Below are positions 54,045 through 64,000 of a stretch of DNA of 64,000 bases, one piece after another. A model generated the notes under the pieces. That model ran no database searches. It had not been told where the DNA came from and worked only from the letters and a program-made list of their open reading frames with translations. Location: NCBI RefSeq assembly GCF_006345805.1, contig NC_042998.1, positions 137,516,001 through 137,580,000 of the forward strand, in the 5' to 3' direction. The DNA is from Octopus sinensis. Taxonomy: Eukaryota. The stretch's first letter is position 1; the number at the start of each line of letters is the position of its first letter. A program made the position numbers and the translations under genes.

Positions 54045-54317
54045 CCACATCACCTTTCATTTTTAAGTCGACAGAAATGCTCCGTCCATGTGACTGGATT
54101 GGCCGAGGGGGAAGTCTTGGAGGTCCAAACTGCCCCCCTGTAGTGGCTGGACTTTCAGGGGTCACAGTCTGCTGGACTGTGGTTGTAGTTGTGGCTGTCA
54201 CGCTGATGGAGGCCGTGGTCCCTGCCGGCCCTTTGTCAGAGCTACCAGTGTTGGTCATCTGGTCCCCACCTCCAGTACAAGGGGCTGGAGGAGGTTGGAG
54301 GTGCCCAGGTCCAGCAA
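54045..54317 (-). CDS. REPS1: REPS-family proline-rich exon, phase 1/1 (VAGPGHLQPPP...FGPPRLPPRP...HGRSISVDLK)
   Basis: Acceptor tgtttcctcag|TT, donor G|GTAGGT (alternative in-phase donor at 54054), 273 nt open; PPxLPPRP and HxRSxSxD resemble the REPS proline-rich region. Confidence 0.85.
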
Positions 54318-56459
54318 CTGAGGAAACAGTGCACAATTTAGCCAGCTCAAATAAACTGAAGTAAGACAACTTCATACAAACAACAGAGTGAGAAGGTATC
54401 CAAGTTAGAGAAAATCAAGATTTAATGTTTGATATAATAACACACTTACCCTAATAAATTAATAAGAGGCTGCTAAAAACAATTTTTTTTATATTTTAAA
54501 TGTACAATTAATGTTAAAAATCAAAAGAAAGAAAACAAAGTAACAATATTCAACAAAAGAAAAATATAAAATAAAACAAATAACACCTATTTCTCTAGAT
54601 ATATTCACTTTCTGAGTTGAGCAATGTACTTTCCTTGGATTTTCTCTTTCTCACCTTCATATCACATTGTTTTTCTCTCTTACAAGTGTAGTACCTCGTA
54701 TTAAACTGAGCAACAGGATCGTTGTTGTCATTACCATTAATGATAAGGTGATAGTAATGTTCAATTCTGATCATCTTAAAATAGTAACCAGTTGTACAAA
54801 ATAACATTTTGCATTTTATATCCAATATATCCACCACACTTCTGTTGTAACAATTTGAAATTAAGTCACCATAGTTGACCACATAACTGTGTAGATTACT
54901 ACCCCACCAACAACAGGCAGCATGATTAGTGTTGAAGAGTTGAAATAGGGGATAATATGTATATGCAGATCAACCATACAAAATCAAACAATAAAAGCAA
55001 ATGAGACAAATGTGGAAAGGGAGGAGAGGTGCTCTAAAGGTCAAACTTTGAGGCCAATGTTATGTACATATACAATACACACACAAACACTTATAAACAC
55101 ACATATTCATACACAAACGCACAAAACCATGCATGCATATACATATCTAGTGCAGCTGTCACTCACAATTGATTGTAACCTGGTAGCTGGTATACACTTT
55201 CATCTTAGGAGCCTTGGTAGACACTGACACCTTCTCAGGTCTTCCACTCTTGATCCAACAGAATATTGCTGGTGTCGTCCTCTTTTTTATTCCATCTATC
55301 ACAACCTCAATCAGCTGAAACTTATTTTTTGGCTGAGTAGAGTGGAGTTACATAAAATGATGTGCCTTGTTTGCTCAAGGACACAAAGTACCACCCAATC
55401 CAAGTATCAAACCCAAGACCTTATGGTTGAGATCAACACCTTAACTACTAAGCCATACTCCTACATACATATATAGATATACACATAAAATAAGATGATA
55501 AAGACGACCACAATGAAAATATTAAGGATGATGATGATGATGATTACTCTATCTTGCAAAAAAAAAAAAAAAGCCATCCCATTATTTAATGTTCAGTTTA
55601 ATGATTCAGTGTCCATTTGCTCATGTGCTCTAAAATTCTGATGATTTATAAAGTCTAGAGCAAACATTACAGAGCAAACTTGACATCTCCACAAGAATAT
55701 TCAGACACTTCTATGTGATGATATTCTTATGCATATGGCTTCACAATCCAGCTTTAGATTTATACCCTTTGATGTGCCTGCAGGAACTTTATGCAATACC
55801 TCCCAGTTAACAATAGCAAAAGTCTAGGCTAAGTCAACAAAGACCTGACATAGACATATCTGCTGCTTGATAAATTTTTCTTGAAATTGATTCACAGAAG
55901 AAAAGAAAAATCAAGTCCTTTGTATCCTCTACCTGATCAACACCCAGAATATCATTTCAAGTAACACTGAGGGATGTCTTTCATTAAACTAATTTAACAA
56001 CAGTAATCTAGACAAAACCCTGCCAAAAGATTCCAAGTGAGTAATACCATAAGAATTACCACACTTAGATCCAGATGCTTTGCTTTTCATATCAAAAGTC
56101 TCATCAAGCGAGTCATATGGTACAAGAGTTCTGTCCCAGCTTTTCTTGTTATATTAACCTTTTTAAAACAATTCCACTTGGGACCATCCCTAGTTCTATG
56201 ATATCAACTCACTGCTCTAAAGTGATTTAAATTAAAACCTTGCATGACAGTTTCTTGTTATGTTCTTCACACCAGCTTAATAATAACAAATTTGTTTTGA
56301 TAAAAACTTCATTATTTTCAAACTAAATTAGAACTAAAACAATGTATTTCAATGGAAATCTGGCCCAAGGAACTTGCATAATTTCAACAAAAATGAGGTA
56401 AAAAAAAAGGTAACTCAGAGTGGCCAGTGGCATGTATTTAAGGTAAGGGTCACCTTCTC

Positions 56460-56688
56460 AAGTCATGCCAACTCATAAGAACCAGTTTCCATAGCATATA
56501 ACTTCCCTGCCTGGATGGGACACCAGTCCATTGCAGGATTACTCATTTTTGCCAGCTTAGTGGACTAGAGCAACACGAAATGAATTGTTTTGCTTAATAA
56601 CACAATGCATTGCCCAGTCCAGGAATCAAAACTACAATCTTACAATCATGAGTCCGATACCCTAACAACTGAGCCACGTGTCTCCACA
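56460..56688 (-). mobile_element. tRNA-derived SINE family 3
   Basis: TGGCTCAGTTGTTAGGG head and decayed B box; related copies at about 18340-18590, 21978-22110, 41115-41350, 55210-55460. Confidence 0.65.
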
Positions 56689-58218
56689 AAGGCATGTATT
56701 TGAACAACACTGGCAAATACAGTTATATCAAATACTACAACATAAATTCTTCATTTATGAAAATTATCTCCATATCCAGAGGATGTCATAATTATGAAAA
56801 TGGCAATAGCCATTTTGATAATTATGATACAGGGATGTACCACACCTATGAGCACACAAAGTGGTCTTACAAGAAAGTGAGTGAACAGCTACTATATAGA
56901 TACGTACACACAGACACACACAACTACATGTGGACAAAGAAATATATTTTAAGTTAGAAGGCTCTAATGAAAACAACTTTAGAATATTCAAAATGCAACT
57001 CAAATTATTTATAAAAAAGCTTTTCTTGCACACTAAAGAATATTAGGCTTGTGAAAAAAGTCGCCAAAAATATCATTAAAGGCAGCCTTGAAATAAGAAG
57101 GAAAGGGAAAGAAAAAAACAAACAATAAAGCATTTAACAACTGAAAAGCAAGGTTAGGACAAAAAGGACATAACAAAATAATTGTGTAGAGAGAAAGCAA
57201 GTGTAATTAAGTGGTAAGTAATCTCAATGATATAAAATATTATAAAACTATTTTACTTAATAAATATTTTAACAGAAATATTTTCAATCCTGTAGACTTG
57301 GCAATAGAAATAAACCTTGTGGTTTGCCAATAAGGTTTTATTACAAGAATTGATTAACAGAAATAATTAAAATGTAGCAAAGAATATTATTAGAAGAAAC
57401 TTTAAAAAAACCTTTTTTTTTTTTCATACATATTAAAAAGAAACTCAATGACGAACTGATGAACAACAAATCTTGTGGCATCTTTGAAAGAGTAAAATAA
57501 CAATAAAAAAAATAACATTGAAAAAGCAAATATAATGTAGCCATTCATAACTTCCAATTAAAACTAAGCTTTCTAATTTTGCTTTTTGGTTGTAAGGACA
57601 AAAACTTCAAGGAAACATAAATGAAATTGTGTAATGCTCATATTATCCCCAAGCGCATTAGTGGCAATATGTACATCCTTTATAGAATCAAAAACTGAAT
57701 CATAGACACTAACATGCACCATTCAGACCCTGAGCATCATTGCATCTGATTCTCAGCTAAACATATAAATTATTTCCAAAAATAAAAATTAAGATTATAT
57801 TTACAATAGGCTCTGTCATCATTTCTTTATATTTATGAAATCTATACCATCTTGGGTCATACTGTCCAATTCCATCCACTAATTTCTGTGTGTGACAATT
57901 ATTTTCCTCCTGTCCTTTTGACAACTCTTAAGCAAAGCCACTGGTTAGATATAATAGCTCTCTTCACACAAAAATTACATAAAGGACTACTGCTGTTTCT
58001 GACATAATACATCACAATTAGAACACCTATCTTTAACTGCATTGTAGCTACTGCAACATCTATGACCTCTCCTGTTCCTGCTATGGTTAATCTAGGGATG
58101 TAACAACTACAGTATAGGCAACGTAGATAGTGGTTGCCTACCTAGAGATTAAATATAAAAAGTAAATGCTTTCCAATTCATTATAAAAATACTAATTTAA
58201 TGCATAGAATTCATTTGT

Positions 58219-58270
58219 TGCAGCGCGGAAGGTGTTTATAAGCCATTTAAGAAACACCTTCCGTGCTGCA
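58219..58270. mobile_element. 52-bp miniature hairpin member of the TGCAGCACGGA MITE-like family
   Basis: tgcagcgcggaaggtgttt-14 nt-aaacaccttccgtgctgca. Confidence 0.75.
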
Positions 58271-58382
58271 ATTGTTTTCGTTCCAGCACACGATCTCAGA
58301 TCAGGTCACTTGCTACGCAAGTACATCTCCATAATTCATTTGTAGTATTTTATAATCAACAAATCATGATATATAATTTCTG

Positions 58383-58438
<56 letters not shown>

Positions 58439-58478
58439 TTTACATTTGATGATATTTGTCCTCATCTTGTTTGTTGTT

Positions 58479-58525
58479 AACACAAAGTTTCAGCTGATAT
58501 ACCCTCCAACCTTCATCAGATGTTT
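58479..58525 (-). ncRNA. Degenerate minimal type I hammerhead motif
   Basis: Minus strand: aacat-CTGATGA-aggttg...cagct-GAAA-cttt-gtgtt; the inverted partial copy at 58791-58828 shows GTT at the triplet position. Confidence 0.55.
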
Positions 58526-58571
58526 TGGGGAAATTTCGAACCTGGGTTCTCATTCTTAAGGTGTTTTTCGA

Positions 58572-58606
<35 letters not shown>

Positions 58607-61466
58607 TTACTGCCTGGAATCAAACTCGGAATCTTGGGGTTAGTAGCCCATGCTCTTAACTACTACGCCATATGCCCGCGGGCAATTATGGAGTGAATTT
58701 TAGGGCTTATAAATCTAATATTTTCCTACCCTTCCTTAATATCGGTTCCCATATGCTACTCATATCTGCACTCAATCTGCTTAGGAGGTTGTATATCAGC
58801 CAAAATGTTGTGTTAACAACAAAGATGAATATTTAGAATATTCAAAATGCAACTCAAATTATTTTTAAAAAAAAGCTTTTCTTGCACACTAAAGAATATT
58901 AGGCTTGTGAAAAAAAGTCGCCAAAAATAATGTACATAATTCCTCATCTCTTAAAATATAGAACTGTGTATATATATATATATATATATAATTTCTGAAA
59001 CTTTTCTGGTTTAACTATTATATGGATGAGAGAGGTGAAAGATGTTGCTGTAACCATAATTCAAGTAAAGACCGTGTTCCAAATGAGAAATTATATTAGC
59101 AACATTAGACCTAAAGACAAAGCTTGTGTAAAGAAACCTATTAAATCTAGCCACCACCATTGATTAAGAGTTGACAAAAAGTAGGTTGTAAAATAATTAC
59201 AGCTGCCATAGAATTTGGTGAATGGAACCAGTCAATGTGGCCCTAGATGGTATAGAATTGAATATAAATACAATGACAACCCAAATTGATAAAAAGCTGA
59301 GATTAAGCCAGTAAAATTTTATCTTGAAATCTAGACACAAGCAAACTAGTAACTTGATAGATTTTACTAATACTTAATACTGCAGAGAAACATTTATTTT
59401 TAACAATGTGAAATAACACAGAACATTTTATTTCAAAAGCAGAAGAAATGATTAACTAGACTGCTGGTTTTGTTAAATAATAAACATTTTAATAACAAAG
59501 AAAACAAATACCTTAGTAAACTTAGACTTAAGATTTAATCTTTCCATTAATAGAAAATCTCTGAGTTTTTTTTTCTTTCTATGGCTCCATGCTCTGGAGT
59601 TTGGTGGGTGCTAAGAATGCTAGGTGCAGATAAATGGATTATAGGAATAGTTCAATCTATATGAACAAAGTAAAGATTGGCAGCAGCAAATTTTGTAAGG
59701 AATTTAATGTATAAGTAGATTTTTTCCCCACCAAGCTTTTAGCTACCACCACCTCCCTTTTGTTGTAATTCTAGGGTCAAATAATACTGAAATGGAGCAC
59801 ATAATATGTTTGGGAACTTTGATATGTGTTAATGACCAGGTTCTCACTGCAGAGCCTGATCTATGGACAAAAAAAATTTTTTTTTTTTAACCTGGTATAG
59901 TGATCAGGAGTTAAAAGACCAATATAGCAAAGTTTAATGTACTGAAATAGCAACAGAGAACATGTGATCCACTACCATCTAGAAAGTAAAAAAAGGTGTT
60001 GGTAAGATCTCAATATTATGCACTTAAAATGAGTATTGGAAACACAAAAGCTGTAGACTGAAAGGGAACCAAGATTTAAGATACAGTAGATGTACAGTAG
60101 TTAGCATTAGCAACATCATTGTCATTGTTGTTTTAACATCCAACTTTCCATGCTTCCATGAGTCAGTTGGAGTTTATTGAGGCAAATTTTCTAGTCATAT
60201 GTCCTTCCAGTCACCAACCTTTACTGCTTCCAGCATATAAGAAATAATTGCCATGCAGTTCCTGTTACCAAGATAACATAATTAGTGTTGGAAATGGTTG
60301 TGATGAACGTATAGTAGCACAAGTAGAAAGGAGATGGATAAAGTTTAAAGAATTGGTACTATTACTGGTGGCAATGGATTTCTTGAGTCATTGAGGGAAC
60401 TGCTACATGGTCACCTAATCTGCCAGAAATAATTGCAAGATTATTCCTTAAGTACCACCTTGTTATCTTCAAATAGAAAGGAAAAAAATAGATAATATAC
60501 TCCTAAACACACTATTTCCAGAAACAAGACAGGGTGGTCATGGTTGGAAAAGTTTGATTATAGGTTGACTCAAACAGGGTTGACAAGAACTTTTCTTTCC
60601 CTTTGCAAAAGGAGGCCTTATGAAGCTTATGTAATAATCTTGAGAATTAAATGCAGGTGTTCGATAAAGACTAGAACATGTGGCTGTTCAAAGTTAATTT
60701 GCATTGAAGGCACAGTACAAGTGTGAAAAAAAGGCAACCACTGAGCATAAAAGGACTTGGACAAGTGACTGCACTACTATAGTTATGAAATGAGGGACTT
60801 GCTGAATGGAATTATTAAAAAATGCTGCATTCTAACAGTGGAACATACATATGGCAGAAGACCAACTATCCCCTCTCCCTGCAAAAAAAAAAAAAAGAAA
60901 GAAAGAAAGAAAGAATTGATGATCTCAGACCTAAGAATAGTGCCTCTCACAAATGAGTTGACACAGTCTCAAAAAGAATAGGAATAAACCACACAGCAGT
61001 CTTGCACATTTCCTTTTAGTGTAAAGCATTAAAAAAAAATTAAAAATCAAAATACATAACAAATGCTGCAACATACCATAATACTCAAGTTTATCCTAAT
61101 TTCCAAAGTGTTAACTTGTTGGAAACAACTCACCAGCACCTAGATAAGTTACTAGTTTACTACACAGTTGCAGTTCTCCAAGTTAATAAAATACTGGCAT
61201 AGAAACTGGATGAAGTGTTTGCATTTCACTTGTCTCACTATTGTTTCAGTCTCAGATAGATAGTCCAGTCTACCAAACAGCATGAACATTAGTTTAACAG
61301 GCAAATGTTTCATTATCTTGCAAGGATTCTTCCTAATTAACTTATACTATCTATTCTAATAATTATTTCAAAGCAACTTCTTACAGTATATGTTTTAGCT
61401 AATATTTACTGTTATCTTCTTATGTTGCAATACAATTTTTATACACACACATACACACAAACATAT

Positions 61467-61841
61467 TCTCTTTACTTGTTTCAGTCATGCTGGAGTACTG
61501 CCTTTAGTCGAGCAAATCGACCCCGGGACTTATTCTTTGTAAGCCCAGTACTTATTCTATTGGTCTCTTTTGCCGAACCGCTAAGTGACGGGGACGTAAA
61601 CACACCAGCATCGGTTGTCAAGCAATGCTAGGGGGGACAAACACAGACACACAAACATATATATATATATACATATATACGACAGGCTTCTTTCAGTTTC
61701 CGTCTACCAAATCCACTCACAAGGCATTGGTCGGCCCGGGGCTATAGCAGAAGACACTTGCCTAAGATGCCACGCAGTGGGACTGAACCCGGAACTATGT
61801 GGTTGGTTAGCAAGCTACTTACCACACAGCCGCTCCTGCGC
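61467..61841 (-). mobile_element. tRNA-derived SINE family 1 (octopus OK-like), best-preserved copy
   Basis: A box GGCTGTGTGG, B box GGTTCAGTCCC, central (TA/TG)n, tail GAAACAAGTAAA. Other copies at about 1-175, 2330-2500, 3465-3815, 4157-4350, 8395-8778, 17215-17590, 21275-21478, 22215-22715, 24175-24520, 25282-25670, 26295-26615, 26865-27030, 29915-30015, 40214-40600. Confidence 0.85.
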
Positions 61842-61898
61842 TGTGTAAACAAACTTTTTATTTTTATTTTTGGAAGTGCCAAATGTATCATACAATCT

Positions 61899-62075
61899 GG
61901 AAAGTGATATTTCAAATGCAGTATAGCTGTGAAATCAGCAGAAAGATTGGGTATTTTACCCTTATACAATAGAAAACGGATTCATCTGCTGACAACTTTT
62001 TCTGTCATATAAGAGTAAAATACCCAATCTTTCTGCTATTTTCACAGCCATACTCTGTTTGAAATATTACTTTCC
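61899..62075. repeat. ~78-bp-arm imperfect palindrome (MITE-like)
   Basis: agcagaaagattgggtattttac / gtaaaatacccaatctttctgct perfect core, extended with mismatches; outer tgtgtaaaca/tgtttacaca. Confidence 0.8.
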
Positions 62076-62108
62076 TGTTTACACACACACACAATATTCT
62101 CAAGCACT

Positions 62109-62325
62109 AAGGTGGCAAGCTGGCAGAATTGTTAACATGCCAGACAAAATGCTTAGTGGCATTTCATACATCTTTACATTCTGAGTTCAAATTCCACCAA
62201 GGCTTACTTTGCCTTTCATCCTTTCGAGGTTGATAAAATAAGTACCAGTTGCACACTGGGATTGATGTAATCAACTTACCACCTCCCCCTAAATTGCCAG
62301 CCTTGTGCCAAAATTTGAAATCAAT
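62109..62325 (+). mobile_element. tRNA-derived SINE family 2
   Basis: AGCTGGCAGAAT A-box-like and GAGTTCAAATTCC B box; related piece on - at about 16490-16615. Confidence 0.7.
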
Positions 62326-62513
62326 ATTCTCAATCACTCACTGTAGTACACAAATACTTTATTTTATTTTGTTCCATTCCATTTCCTTGAAAAATATGAA
62401 AACTTTCTGTACTTGTACATGAATAAACTAAAGAATAATTTCTTCATTTCTTCTTGGCTCATCTTATTACCAAAATACTATTCTGCACACAACCAAAATG
62501 TTTTGTGTGTGTA

Positions 62514-62568
<55 letters not shown>

Positions 62569-63118
62569 CCATCAAACTAAAATTGTACATTTGTATTTAA
62601 ATTTTTTTTCTTTTTAAATAAGAAGAGTTATTAATGAAATAAGAACAAAAAGTATAATACATACAAAAATACAAAGAAAAACAAAAATTTAAACAGCTAT
62701 CAAGGAAACAGTGTGATAGTTTTTCAATGTAACAATAGATAAAAATAAAATAAAATAAAATAAAACAAAAGGGTAAACAATAATGAAAACTAATGAACAA
62801 GGAGGCTGCCAATGATATTCACAGAATAAACAGCAAGCAAACAAAACCCAACTAACCAGTAAAATGCATGCAGGAAAACAACAGCTCCAAGCAACGCGTT
62901 CATTCTGGAGCACAGTTGACACCAAGTATATTTGGTAGCACCTAAGAAAGGAGATGGGTATGGAGACAGAAAGATAGAGAGAGAGAAAGAGAGAGAGAGA
63001 AAGAAATGAAAGAGGGAAGATATGTATGGGGGACTTGTTTGATGCTACCTTTCATAACAATGGCCTGTGTTAAAGGAGGGAACTGTTATGCTTAGTGGAG
63101 CTATAGTTGAACGCGTAC

Positions 63119-63376
63119 CTGGGGCAGTTTTCTTGGTTGCCACTGGTCTGGGGCGGCCGTGCAAGGAAGTGCTGACTGATGGGAGGACTGATTTGGGAGA
63201 CATGGGTGAGGAGTGGTCAGTTGGGATAGCAGCAGACAAGTCATTAAGCGATGTGGGTTCAACGCTGTACGACATTCGTGATGGTTGTTTGGACGATGGA
63301 CTGGTTGTCAGCGAAGATGCATCGTGCTGGTCACCACAGACAACTGGTGCACTGTTACAACAACCAGTAGCCAGAT
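63119..63376 (-). CDS. REPS1: REPS-family internal exon, phase 1/1 (xLATGCCNSAP...HGRPRPVATKKTAP); upstream exons lie beyond the window
   Basis: Acceptor ggattttcag|AT, donor CAG|GTACGC, 258 nt open, Ser/Pro-rich; phase joins the 54317 exon. Confidence 0.8.
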
Positions 63377-64000
63377 CTGAAAATCCAAACAAGTAGAGGA
63401 CTTGGTAGCATAATTCATTAAGTAAAGGGTTTTAGCATCTTTTAACAAATTTACTTTAAGTTTAATTCGAAGTATAAATAATTAGGTTATTTCATCACTT
63501 CATGAATCTCAAAAAGTATTTAATATAGACAAGAGTTATCTTTATGATCAAAACTACTTGTGCTAATGGGTTTTCTTCTGAAAGAAATATATTTAACTTA
63601 ACAATATAACGCTACAAAATTTTTTTAAAAATAAAGAAAAGTACAACAAAATTAAGAGTTATATTTTTGATTAGTTAAAATAATTCCTAACATTTTCTAC
63701 TTTCTAGAAAAATTCCTTACAACAAAAGATATTTTAAATTTTCTCATTTTCAATGAGTTTATAAAATTTATTTTAAGACAATAATAGTTCTGAATGCCTA
63801 TGTTGTGGAAAAGTTTTCACTATATAATACTTATTATGTCAACATAAACATAGTTATTATATATTTATATACAATTTAGATTATTTCATTTTAACCAAAC
63901 TCATATGTAGCATGCATATTATTGTTTTAATGATCAGCACACACATGCACACACACGCGCGCACGTATCTACATATAAACTATTTCATGGTGCATGGATA

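Noticed and set aside
54077-54364. Plus-strand ORFs at 54077-54364 and 63067-63396
   Set aside because: Antisense shadows of GC-rich REPS exons
59512-59610. 99-nt open segment on - with AG/GT borders (HPPNSRAW...KFTK)
   Set aside because: Phase 0/0 is incompatible with the phase-1 flanking REPS exons; weak polypyrimidine tract
61770-61841. tRNA gene
   Set aside because: tRNA-like SINE head continuing into the SINE body; no complete cloverleaf or terminator

Overview
AT-rich, microsatellite- and repeat-dense eukaryotic DNA. The tRNA-derived SINE families, RTE LINEs and overall texture look like an octopod cephalopod genome (inference, not checked by search). Two host genes converge tail-to-tail. 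The first is a TMEM45-family gene on + whose whole 293-aa CDS lies in one exon (10179-11060). The second is the 3' half of a REPS1/REPS2(POB1)-family gene on -, reconstructed by hand as 8 phase-compatible GT-AG exons (63376 to 34348), four of them 34-65-nt micro-exons absent from the ORF track. The rest is mostly decayed transposons: a full-length mariner, Tc1-like, Gypsy nested in an RTE LINE, several RTE LINEs, Penelope GIY-YIG remnants, a HERO-like fragment, Helitron/MITE-type elements and many SINEs. Most short ORFs in the track are spurious. The most notable non-obvious signals are (a) six type I hammerhead-ribozyme motifs from about five unrelated sequence families, one at the 3' end of a Penelope remnant; (b) a candidate alternative last exon that would give REPS a hydrophobic tail instead of its RalBP1-binding coiled coil; (c) long fold-back structures in REPS introns; (d) an isolated 72-nt pre-miRNA-sized hairpin. 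I cannot establish from sequence alone that any of these is undescribed. Repeat boundaries are approximate unless a TSD is quoted.
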